This document shows, piece by piece, positions 43,412 to 51,387 of a stretch of 64,000 nt of DNA. Under the pieces are notes generated by a model, which did no database searches, was not told the DNA's origin, and saw nothing but the letters and a program-made list of their open reading frames with translations. Source of the DNA: Acidobacteriota bacterium (GTDB lineage Bacteria; Acidobacteriota; Terriglobia; Terriglobales; SCQP01); contig DAIDIE010000021.1 in assembly GCA_027459505.1 (NCBI GenBank), positions 92,504 to 156,503 of the forward strand, read 5' to 3'. Within the stretch, counting starts at the first letter, position 1. Each line of letters starts with the position of its first letter. The position numbers and the translations under genes are program-made.

Positions 43412-43774
43412 TTAGAGTGTCAGCGGCAAGTCGAGTTCAACGCGATCATAAACGACCTTTGGTGTGATACGCCCCCGTTCGCCCCGTTCCAACCCGACTA
43501 GACCATAGCCTTCCATGGTCCGCAGCGTGCGCGAGAGGTTTGACTTCGCCCGGCCAGTGATCCTGGCCAGTTCCTCCAACGAACCTGGCGCCCTTTCTGC
43601 GATAACTCGAAGCAACTCGCGATTTCCGGCGGACAGCACCCTGGCAAACGACTCCGTTGAGGTAAACCAGACCTTCGGCTCGTCCGCGGACACGCGTCGC
43701 TTGCCAGCGGCTACCGCCATCGTGCGAGCCTTCATTTGCTCATAGCTGGCAATACCAACTTTCAGGGTGCTCAT
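43412..43774 (-). CDS. MarR/winged-helix DNA-binding protein, putative antitoxin partner of the upstream TumE-like gene
   Basis: Trimmed to the ATG at 43774 (MSTLKVGIASYEQMKARTMAVAAG...NRELLRVIAERAPGSLEELARITGRAKSNLSRTLRTMEGYGLV). There is a 4-nt gap after the upstream gene and a GAGGAG RBS. GC is lower than in the flanks by eye. Confidence 0.65.
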   Translation of the reverse strand: MSTLKVGIASYEQMKARTMAVAAGKRRVSADEPKVWFTSTESFARVLSAGNRELLRVIAERAPGSLEELARITGRAKSNLSRTLRTMEGYGLVGLERGERGRITPKVVYDRVELDLPLTL

Positions 43775-43778
43775 AAAA

Positions 43779-44117
43779 TTACTCCTCGCTCTCGCAAAAC
43801 CGAATCCAAAAGTCCGCAAGCAAAGCCGCCGCATCCCGGTATTTGTAAGGTTTGATCGTCTGGAGTCGATGACGATGATCATAAGGTTCTTCAGACTTTT
43901 GTCGCCCAATCCGATGTGCGTTATCGAAGCCTACCAACCGCTCGCCACCCGGACCATGAAGGGTCAGGGAATAATCAATTCCGTGTGGCTTCTCTGGCGT
44001 AACCGGTACCCGTGTAACTACGAAACGCACCCAGTATTCACCAGCAGCATCGACGACAAACACCTGGCCATCGAGATCAAGCAGCAGATTGAGCGTTGGA
44101 TCGCGCGGCCTAGCCAC
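43779..44117 (-). CDS. DUF6516 / TumE-like putative toxin
   Basis: 112-aa ORF with a GTG start: ...YWVRFVVTRVPVTPEKPHGIDYSLTLHGPGGERLVGFDNAH...YDHRH. The pattern is as I recall it for TumE-family proteins and needs an HMM check. Confidence 0.5.
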   Translation of the reverse strand: MARPRDPTLNLLLDLDGQVFVVDAAGEYWVRFVVTRVPVTPEKPHGIDYSLTLHGPGGERLVGFDNAHRIGRQKSEEPYDHRHRLQTIKPYKYRDAAALLADFWIRFCESEE

Positions 44118-44153
44118 CCCTCATAGTTATCACAACGACATAACGGACGCAAG

Positions 44154-44415
44154 GCGGCACGGCCGCTTTTATTCCACTGCTTCGTCGTCTGGCCCCCACC
44201 CCGGCCGAAGCTGACGGGTGGTGACCGCGCTTCACTAGCCCGAGTTCGTCACACCACGGCGCTTCAGCAATCGAGCGGCATGCGGCTTTTCCTGTTGGTA
44301 AAGGCCGCACTCCTCTCCGTCCCAACGATTCGTCTGATGACGAACTCGGGCGTCGCCAGAGGTGCGGGACCTAAACGGCAACCCCGGTACAGCAGTTCGA
44401 CTCGGCCCTGGCTCG
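44154..44415 (+). repeat. Structured intergenic element, family 1, copy E (module 2 present; penultimate hairpins deleted)
   Basis: Same P1 hairpin and 3' end (CAGTTCGACTCGGCCCTGGCTCG). The module 2 stem CCCGAGTTCGTC/GACGAACTCGGG is perfect. It lacks the segment CTTCGCTACGACTTCGGCCTGCGATTTCGAACTCGAAAG found in the other copies. Confidence 0.85.
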
Positions 44416-44457
44416 CTATGTTTGCAAAACACATTATTAATAGTGTAGTTTAAAATC

Positions 44458-45237
44458 ATGATTCTACAAGATCGCCTTGAGCACTACCGGCTGAGGGGCT
44501 TTCAAAGGGACGAGGCCGAAATTCTCGTATTGATGGAGCGGGCTGCCAGTCGATTATTTACTGCTTTTCCTGACAGGTTCGTGTTGATTGGCGGGGCAAC
44601 GCTCGTGCTGCTTTATGAGAGCCAACGAGTGTCCCACGACATTGATTTAGCGCTGTTGCAAATTGACCTTCCGCCGCTGGAAGAGGTCGCAGCAACGATC
44701 CGCGAAGCCCTTCTGCCGATTACGAGGCTTCTGGGAGTAGGCGAAGTGGAAGTTTCCAACCAATCGAGTTTTGGCACCGAGCAGACCAGATTGTGGGTTG
44801 AGACGAGCGCCCGCAAACTCTTTAGCGTGGACCTGACGCGGATCGGAGGCGCAGTCCTTCAAACTGAAATCGTCAATCAAAAGCTCTGCGATGACGTGCA
44901 GGTCATTGCCCCCTCGGCCAACTATCTGCTTCTTCAGAAATGTGAGGCTTTTCTGGGGCGCGCAGGAGTCAAAGCGCGCGATGCCTTCGATATCCACTGG
45001 CTGCGGGTGCGCGGGGCGCGGCTCGAAGCTTCACTCGATTCGCACTTGGGAGATTTCATAATGCTTCGCGAGATAGACGTGGAAGACATCCGTGCACGCA
45101 TTGCGATGATCGACGGCAAACGATGTGCCCTCGAACTGAAGAACGTGCTTCCCGTCGCCGTCTATCAGCGGATATCAAAGGAAGATTTCTCTGGATTGCG
45201 CCGCAGCCTCGAAGACGTTTTTGCACCTTGGCTATGA
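44458..45237 (+). CDS. AbiEii/AbiGii-family nucleotidyltransferase (type IV TA toxin, DUF1814)
   Basis: 259-aa ORF: FVLIGGATLVLLYESQRVSHDIDLAL... plus the typical later region ANYLLLQKCEAFLGRAGVKARDAFDIHWL. Confidence 0.75.
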   Translation: MILQDRLEHYRLRGFQRDEAEILVLMERAASRLFTAFPDRFVLIGGATLVLLYESQRVSHDIDLALLQIDLPPLEEVAATIREALLPITRLLGVGEVEVSNQSSFGTEQTRLWVETSARKLFSVDLTRIGGAVLQTEIVNQKLCDDVQVIAPSANYLLLQKCEAFLGRAGVKARDAFDIHWLRVRGARLEASLDSHLGDFIMLREIDVEDIRARIAMIDGKRCALELKNVLPVAVYQRISKEDFSGLRRSLEDVFAPWL

Positions 45238-45244
45238 GAACCAC

Positions 45245-45844
45245 ATGAACTGGCCCGCGATATTCGCCAAAGAGGCGCAAAAGCACAGTTTGCTGCGGCT
45301 GGATGACGTGGCCTACCGGCATGGAGTCCAGGAAGCGGTGGCGCGTAATGCGTTTCACCGTTGGGAAGAGCGCGGCTTTGTGGAACGTGTCTCCTCAAAA
45401 GCCTACATCAACCGCCTCAACCAGTTCTTCACGCCTCAAGACCTGGTGAACGTGCTGCGGCCCGAATCCTATGTCTCATTAGACTCGGTGCTCGTCGACA
45501 GCGGCATCAGCACGCAGAGCCCTTCCGTGCTCACCTGTGTCACAACTGGCTACCCCAGGGCTTTCCGCTCGCCCTCCGCCCGCATCGTGTACCGTGGCAT
45601 TGCGCCCGCACTATTCTGGGGCTTTCAGGAGAAGCCCACTCGCTACGGCCAATGCCGCGTCGCCGAAGCAGAAAAGGCTCTGCTCGACTGGATATACTTG
45701 AGCCGCCAGGACGGCCTTGGTCCGCCGCTCGACGAGATCAATTTGCATTTTCTGGATCGCTGCAAGCTGATCGAATATTCCCGGCGGTTTCCGCGAACTG
45801 TCCAACGCGATGTAGAGCGCCTCCTCGCGGCCGCGCCCGGGTGA
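45245..45844 (+). CDS. AbiEi-like antitoxin/transcriptional regulator
   Basis: Trimmed to the ATG at 45245 (MNWPAIFAKEAQKHSLLRLDDVAY...FHRWEERGFVERVSSKAYI...SYVSLDSVLVDSGISTQSPSVLTCVT...AEAEKALLDWIYL). It starts 7 nt after the AbiEii stop. Confidence 0.65.
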   Translation: MNWPAIFAKEAQKHSLLRLDDVAYRHGVQEAVARNAFHRWEERGFVERVSSKAYINRLNQFFTPQDLVNVLRPESYVSLDSVLVDSGISTQSPSVLTCVTTGYPRAFRSPSARIVYRGIAPALFWGFQEKPTRYGQCRVAEAEKALLDWIYLSRQDGLGPPLDEINLHFLDRCKLIEYSRRFPRTVQRDVERLLAAAPG

Positions 45845-45913
45845 TCCCGGTTGAGGGAGCCGGTCTCCGGGCCGGCGCACGGCCCCGGCCGGCCGTTTCC
45901 GGTAGAGTGAATC

Positions 45914-46432
45914 ATGACGCCAGGCCGCCCCGAGTCCAGCGAATCGAACCCGTTCTACCACAACTACATTGCACTCACCCCCGGAGACGATCCGGTGGCT
46001 GCCGCGCGCCTGCAGCTTACCGAGGCGAGGCAATTGTTCGGCAACATCTCCGAACAGATATCGCAGGCCCGCTACGTGCCTGACAAATGGAGTCTCCGTG
46101 AGGTCTTGAATCACGTGAACGACACCGAGCGTATGTTCGCCTTCCGCCTGATGTGGTTCGCGCGCGGACTTGCGGACCCGCTGCCCAAATTCGATCAGGA
46201 ACTCGCCAGCCGCTCCGCGGGCGCGGATCGCACGCCCTGGTCCGCTCACGTTGATGAGTTCGTCTCCATTCGCCAGGCGACGATCGCGCTTCTGGCGCAG
46301 CTCCCAACCGAGGCTTGGGGCCGCACAGGAGTGGCCAGCGGCTTTCCCGTGACCGTGCGCGCCCTGGCGTTCATCATTCCGGGACACACCGCGCATCACT
46401 TGCGTGTGATCGGTGATCGCTACCTGCGCTAA
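45914..46432 (+). CDS. DinB/YfiT-family four-helix-bundle metalloprotein
   Basis: 172-aa ORF: KWSLREVLNHVNDTERMFAFRLMWF...IIPGHTAHHLRVI. These are the His triad positions typical of DinB_2. Confidence 0.7.
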   Translation: MTPGRPESSESNPFYHNYIALTPGDDPVAAARLQLTEARQLFGNISEQISQARYVPDKWSLREVLNHVNDTERMFAFRLMWFARGLADPLPKFDQELASRSAGADRTPWSAHVDEFVSIRQATIALLAQLPTEAWGRTGVASGFPVTVRALAFIIPGHTAHHLRVIGDRYLR

Positions 46433-46527
46433 TGCGGGAGCAGCGCATCGGTGGTGGATGTGACTGCGGCGCATAGCGCGGCAGCGCGCCCCTGGGGTAA
46501 GGTGAGCTCTGTTAGACTCGGATTTCC

Positions 46528-47298
46528 ATGCCGTTTTCTTCCGCCAATCCCGCGCCGGGCAGCCGCCCCGAGGGCGTTGAGCACGAGCAGGTGCCGCAGT
46601 TTGTGCGCGGCATGTTTGACCGCATCGCGCCGCGCTATGACCGCGCTAACCACTGGCTATCGCTGGGCGTAGATCACTACTGGCGCCGGCGCGCGGCGGT
46701 GGAAGTGTGCCGCCTGTTACCGCGCCGGGGAGTATTGCCCTTGCTGGACGTCTGTTGCGGCACCGGCGACATGGCACTGGCGTTGTGGCGCCGGGTGCGC
46801 CACATCCCTGGCGCGCCGCTCCTGCTTGGCGCGGATTTTTCCGGTGAAATGCTGCGCCGCGGCCAGCGCAAAGCGCGCCAGCGCGCCGCGGCGATCCAAT
46901 GGCTGAACGGCGACGCCATGCAACTGCCGTTCGCGGCTGCTGGCCTCGCCGCCATCAGCACCGCCTTCGGCTTCCGCAATCTCGCCGATTACCGGCGAGC
47001 GCTAGGGGGATTTCACCAACTGCTCACGCCCGGCGGAGTTCTGGCCATTCTGGAATTTTCACAACCCAGTGTGCCGTTGATGGGACCGCTCTTCCGCTGG
47101 TATTTTCACCACGTACTGCCGTTTCTCAGCGGCTTGCTGGGCGGCGATAAAAGCGCTTACCGCTATCTGCCCGCTTCGGTGGATCGCTTTCCCAGCCCGG
47201 CGGAATTAGCGGACTGGATGCGCGATGCCGGTTTCAGCCATGTTCGCTATTTGCGCCTTACCGGCGGCATCGCCGTGTTGCACCTTGGCGTGAAATAA
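46528..47298 (+). CDS. ubiE: Demethylmenaquinone/ubiquinone C-methyltransferase
   Basis: 256-aa ORF: VRGMFDRIAPRYDRANHWLSLGVDHYWRR...LDVCCGTGDMAL...GDAMQLPF...FGFRNL...VLAILEFSQP. Confidence 0.85.
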   Translation: MPFSSANPAPGSRPEGVEHEQVPQFVRGMFDRIAPRYDRANHWLSLGVDHYWRRRAAVEVCRLLPRRGVLPLLDVCCGTGDMALALWRRVRHIPGAPLLLGADFSGEMLRRGQRKARQRAAAIQWLNGDAMQLPFAAAGLAAISTAFGFRNLADYRRALGGFHQLLTPGGVLAILEFSQPSVPLMGPLFRWYFHHVLPFLSGLLGGDKSAYRYLPASVDRFPSPAELADWMRDAGFSHVRYLRLTGGIAVLHLGVK

Positions 47299-47303
47299 AT
47301 ACC

Positions 47304-47963
47304 TCAGCCCTGGCTGAAGGGCACTTCCCGCACCCCCGCCGGCAGCTTCATCCGGAACAGATCGCTCCGCAACGGCGGATTGTACTGAATCGAGGAAAAC
47401 ACAATCTCGATCTGCGATCCGTCGACCATACGCAAGGTGATCGCGCGAATCTTGTAGTCCGGCGAAATCTCCAGCCGCACGCTCCGGTATTCGTTTTTAT
47501 AAGCCTTCGGAATCCCTTCCAGCACCCAATCTCCCGGCCGCAGCGCAGGTGTGTTGCTGAAGTGCAGATTCGTCAATTCCTTGGCCAGATTGGTGTGGCC
47601 CAGTAGAAAGCGCAGTGGGTTGCGGTAGTCATCCATCTGCTTCAGGCTGCCCACCTCGACAGTGTCCTGCCCCGGAATGTAGAGCCACTGGCGCTTGCCA
47701 TCGACCAGGAAGAGCTTGGGACGAGGCTGCTGATACTCCCAGCGCATGCGGCCCGGCTTGCGCAGCCATAGCACCCCACTCTCTACCTGCCGGTCCCCGG
47801 AAATGGAATACGTCTCGGTGAACGCGGCCCGCATGGATTGAGCGTGGTTGTAACGCCCATTCACCGCCTGCTCCACCTGATGCAAGGAAGGCCGAGCTGC
47901 CCACCCCACAGCGGCCAGCCCGCAAAAAAGAATCAGCAACACGAGAAGATGGCGGGATCGCAT
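47304..47963 (-). CDS. LolA-like outer-membrane lipoprotein carrier protein
   Basis: Trimmed to the ATG at 47963 (MRSRHLLVLLILFCGLAAVGWA, signal peptide). Sequence: MRAAFTETYSISGDRQVESGVLWLRKPGRMRWEYQQPRPKLFLVDGKRQWLYIP. Confidence 0.75.
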   Translation of the reverse strand: MRSRHLLVLLILFCGLAAVGWAARPSLHQVEQAVNGRYNHAQSMRAAFTETYSISGDRQVESGVLWLRKPGRMRWEYQQPRPKLFLVDGKRQWLYIPGQDTVEVGSLKQMDDYRNPLRFLLGHTNLAKELTNLHFSNTPALRPGDWVLEGIPKAYKNEYRSVRLEISPDYKIRAITLRMVDGSQIEIVFSSIQYNPPLRSDLFRMKLPAGVREVPFSQG

Positions 47964-48071
47964 GCATCTATTTTCGGGCATTCCTCCGTCGCAGAAGGCA
48001 AAAACGGAGCATTCCAGCAGCAACGTTATTCCTCTTGACATTATTCGTTGCAACTACTATTGTTTAGACAG

Positions 48072-48548
48072 ATGAACGCCTCGCAACAGCAACGGCCGTC
48101 TGCTTCTGGCCCGGAACGCTCGCCAGCGGCGGTGGCCTTTGTGGAACTCATCCGCACTGCTGACCTGCTGGCAAGCGAGATCTCCGCCGTCCTGAAGGCG
48201 GAGAAGATTTCCGCCACGCAGTTCAACATCCTGCGCATTCTGCGTGGTGCGCCCGAAGGGCTGGCTTGTGGAGAGATTGCGGCGCGCATGATCACGCGCG
48301 ATCCCGACGTGACGCGTCTGCTGGATCGCCTCGAAAAGCGGGGGCTGGTGAGCCGCTGCCGCGAGAATCAGGATCGACGGCTAGTGCTTACCCGAATCAC
48401 CGAGGCTGGATTGGCAACGCTGGGCCGCCTCGACGATCCGGTTGAGAACGCTCACCTCAGACAGTTGCAACATCTGGGGCCAGCCCGGCTGGAGCAGTTG
48501 ACCACCTTGCTGCGCGCCGCGCGCCAGAAACGGTCCGATCAGGTTTGA
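48072..48548 (+). CDS. MarR-family transcriptional regulator
   Basis: Trimmed to the ATG at 48072: ISATQFNILRILRGAPEGLACGEIAARMITRDPDVTRLLDRLEKRGLVSRCRENQDRRLVLTRITEAG. Confidence 0.85.
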   Translation: MNASQQQRPSASGPERSPAAVAFVELIRTADLLASEISAVLKAEKISATQFNILRILRGAPEGLACGEIAARMITRDPDVTRLLDRLEKRGLVSRCRENQDRRLVLTRITEAGLATLGRLDDPVENAHLRQLQHLGPARLEQLTTLLRAARQKRSDQV

Positions 48549-48567
48549 ATTCAGAAAGGAGTCCGTT

Positions 48568-49125
48568 ATGAGCACATTGACCAATACCGTACCCGCAGTC
48601 AGCACCTGGAAAATTGACCCGGCACATTCGGTTGCCGAGTTCAAGATCAAGCACATGATGATTTCCAACGTGAAGGGGCACTTCACGGGGGTGAGCGGCT
48701 CGCTCAGCTACAACGAAAATGACATCAGCCGGTCTTCGGTGGAGGCGGCGATCGAAGCAGCCACGATCAACACGGGGGACAACCAGCGCGATGGACATCT
48801 CAAGAGCGGCGATTTCCTGGACGTGGAGAAATTCCCTGCCCTGACCTTCCGCTCGACCAGCATCGAAAATACCGCTCCCGGCGAACTGAAATTGCGCGGA
48901 GATTTGACCATCCATGGGGTGACCCGTCCAGTGGTGTTCGACGTGGAAGGGCCAACGGCCCCCGCCAAAGATCCCTGGGGCAAGACGCGTGTGGGCGTCT
49001 CCGCGACAACCCGGATCAATCGCAAGGACTTCGGGCTGGCCTGGAATGCTCCGCTGGAGGCGGGGGGAATTCTCGTCGGCGAAGAGGTCACCATCATGCT
49101 GGATCTGCAGTTTGTCAAAGATTGA
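48568..49125 (+). CDS. YceI-family polyisoprenoid-binding protein
   Basis: 185-aa ORF: WKIDPAHSVAEFKIKHMMISNVKGHF...NQRDGHLKSGDFLDVEKFPALTFRST...LTIHGVTRPV. Confidence 0.88.
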   Translation: MSTLTNTVPAVSTWKIDPAHSVAEFKIKHMMISNVKGHFTGVSGSLSYNENDISRSSVEAAIEAATINTGDNQRDGHLKSGDFLDVEKFPALTFRSTSIENTAPGELKLRGDLTIHGVTRPVVFDVEGPTAPAKDPWGKTRVGVSATTRINRKDFGLAWNAPLEAGGILVGEEVTIMLDLQFVKD

Positions 49126-49264
49126 GGGCGCACCCAAGTAATGTTTTGAAACGCGGCGGCTGAAGCCCAGGTTCGTGAAGCGCGGCGCGGCACGAACTTG
49201 GCAGCCGGCGCGGGGACCGCCGCAAATCAACCGGCACGCTTCAGGCTGTATTCAGGAGGTTGCC

Positions 49265-50170
49265 ATGTCACTTCGACCGGTCAAAGAAATCATCACCGCA
49301 CAACCAACACTGGAAGGCGCGGGAGTGAAGCTGCAACGCGCCTTCGGCTTCGGCAAGACCAGGGAGTTCGATCCGTTCCTCCTGCTGGACGATTTCCGTA
49401 ACGATCATCCCGAGGATTACCTGGCCGGGTTTCCCTGGCATCCGCATCGCGGCATCGAGACCATCACCTACGTGCTGGCTGGCGAGGTGGCGCACGGCGA
49501 CAGCCTGGGCAACAAGGGCCGCATGACCGCCGGCGATGTGCAGTGGATGACCGCCGGGAGCGGCATTCTGCACCAGGAGATGCCCAAAGGCGACGAGCAC
49601 GGCCGCATGCACGGCTTCCAGTTGTGGGCCAACCTGCCCGCGGCGCTCAAGATGACCGACCCGCGCTACCAGGACATTCCTTCGGCGGCGATCCCCGAGG
49701 TGACCGAGGACGACGGGACGAAGGCGCGCATCATCTGCGGCGAGTTCTGGGGGCAGCGTGGCCCCGTTGAAGGCGTGGCGGCCGATCCCAGTTACGTCGA
49801 CATCTCCGTGCCGCCGAACCGCAAACGGCGCATCAAGGTCGACGTCACCCGCAACGCCTTCGCCTACGTCTTCGCCGGCGCCGGCACCTTCCGCGACGCC
49901 AGCCAGCCCCAGGCCGTCCTCACCGAGTCAGGCGCAGACCCCAACGCGGCGCCGCAGTACGACGCCAAAAACCACTCGCTTGTTCTCTTTGATCGCGGCG
50001 ATGAAATCGTCGTCCAGGCCGGCCCCGAGGGCATCCGCTTCCTGCTCGTCAGCGGCAAGCCCCTCGAAGAGCCCGTCGCCTGGTACGGCCCCATCGTGAT
50101 GAACACCCAGGCGGAATTGCAGCAGGCCATGAAAGAACTGCAATCCGGCAAGTTCATCAAGCACCCGTGA
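49265..50170 (+). CDS. Pirin-family bicupin
   Basis: Trimmed to the ATG at 49265: DPFLLLDDF...GFPWHPHRGIETITYVLAGEVAHGDSLGN...GDVQWMTAGSGILHQEMP. Confidence 0.9.
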   Translation: MSLRPVKEIITAQPTLEGAGVKLQRAFGFGKTREFDPFLLLDDFRNDHPEDYLAGFPWHPHRGIETITYVLAGEVAHGDSLGNKGRMTAGDVQWMTAGSGILHQEMPKGDEHGRMHGFQLWANLPAALKMTDPRYQDIPSAAIPEVTEDDGTKARIICGEFWGQRGPVEGVAADPSYVDISVPPNRKRRIKVDVTRNAFAYVFAGAGTFRDASQPQAVLTESGADPNAAPQYDAKNHSLVLFDRGDEIVVQAGPEGIRFLLVSGKPLEEPVAWYGPIVMNTQAELQQAMKELQSGKFIKHP

Positions 50171-50171
50171 G

Positions 50172-50317
50172 GACAGGTGACAGGTGCCAGGGATCAGGTG
50201 TCAGGGTCGTTGGCCGACGCAGTGTTCCAGGTTCCTGCGATGGGAACTCAGGGTAGCGCAGCGTTCCAGCGCGCTAGACTTTTCTGAAACCTGAAACCTA
50301 AAACCTGACACCTGTCT
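50172..50317. repeat. 146-nt unit bounded by 15-nt imperfect terminal inverted repeats (GACAGGTGWCAGGT.) with internal CAGGT/ACCTG arrays
   Basis: The left end GACAGGTGACAGGTG (50172-50186) matches the reverse complement of the right end (50303-50317, GACAGGTGTCAGGTT) at 13/15. There is also a perfect 11-nt inverted repeat, CAGGTGTCAGG (50195-50205) / CCTGACACCTG (50304-50314), and a heptamer run GAAACCTGAAACCTAAAACCTGA. It lies between convergent genes. Confidence 0.7.
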
Positions 50318-50321
50318 TGCG

Positions 50322-51341
50322 TCAGCTGCCCGAAATCTGCACCAGCCCGCCCGGGCTCACCGTCTTATCCTGCGGCGCGCGCCAGTGGTCGATATAGCTG
50401 ATGCGGTGCACGCATCCGATCGTGCAATTCGGCGAGCAGCTCTTCGCCGTCAAAAACTCCCGCTTCACATCCGCCGTCGTATACTCCGCCAGCGGAACCC
50501 CCGGGTACCCGCGCTGCTGGCTGCAATAATGCACCAGCCCGTCCTCGCAAACATACAGATACCGCGACCCCGCCCGGCAACGCCAGTCGTTCGGCCGCCC
50601 CTCCGCAATCGCCTGCTGAAACTTTTCGAACTGCGCGTAGTTCGACTTTTTCCGGTCGTTGATCGCGTGATACACCTGCGCCTCTTCCGGCTTCAGCGGC
50701 TTCAGTTGCCCGTCGCCGTCGTGGATAATCCCGATCGTCGACTCAAACCCCAGCTCCAGCGCGCGGCGGCTGATCGTCAGCGCGTCCTGCGGGTCTTTGA
50801 TCCCCCCGCCCACCACCGAATTGATGTTCACGTGGAACTCGGCATGCTCGGCCAGCATCTGTAGCTTCTTGTCCAGCACCTTCAGGCTCTTCTTCGAAAC
50901 CTCGTCCGGGTTCACGTTATCAATCGAGATCTGCATGTGATCCAGGCCGGCCTTATTCAGCCGCTCAATCCGCTCCACATTCAGCAGATAGCCGTTCGTG
51001 ATCATCCCCGCAATCGCGCCCGTCCGCCGCATCCGGCGAATAATCTCGTCCAGCTCGGGGTGCGTCAGCGGCTCCCCGCCCGAGATCCCGATCATCGCCG
51101 TCCCCAGGCGTCCCAGGTGGTCGATGCGCCGCAGCATCTCTCCGAGCGGCACTGGCTCGCTTACCTTGTCGTATTCATTGCAATAAGCGCAGCTCAGGTT
51201 GCAAAACCGCGCCGGCACAATCTGCGCCAGCACCGGATGCGAAGTCGACGCCAGCGCCCGCGCCACCATGGCATACTCCCGCGCCTTGCGCCGCGCCGCA
51301 ATCAACCGACCCCGAACCGTATCCCGCCGAAACTGTCCCAT
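50322..51341 (-). CDS. Radical SAM protein with Cys-rich SPASM/twitch-like C-terminus
   Basis: 339-aa ORF. Cluster motif VPARFCNLSCAYCNEYD, GGEPL motif ISGGEPLTHPE, and C-terminal cysteines WRCRAGSRYLYVCEDGLVHYC...KSCSPNCTIGCV. Confidence 0.85.
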   Translation of the reverse strand: MGQFRRDTVRGRLIAARRKAREYAMVARALASTSHPVLAQIVPARFCNLSCAYCNEYDKVSEPVPLGEMLRRIDHLGRLGTAMIGISGGEPLTHPELDEIIRRMRRTGAIAGMITNGYLLNVERIERLNKAGLDHMQISIDNVNPDEVSKKSLKVLDKKLQMLAEHAEFHVNINSVVGGGIKDPQDALTISRRALELGFESTIGIIHDGDGQLKPLKPEEAQVYHAINDRKKSNYAQFEKFQQAIAEGRPNDWRCRAGSRYLYVCEDGLVHYCSQQRGYPGVPLAEYTTADVKREFLTAKSCSPNCTIGCVHRISYIDHWRAPQDKTVSPGGLVQISGS

Positions 51342-51387
51342 TCTCTATCTATTGAAACACAAGGTCATCCAGATTTGGTGTTCGCAC

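Noticed and set aside
44325-44345. Hammerhead-like CUGAUGA core in copy E (CGTCTGATGACGAAC)
   Set aside because: The motif is not conserved in copies B and C (CCCGGTGACGAAC, CCTGGTGACGAAC). The position is simply one strand of the 12-bp module 2 stem.
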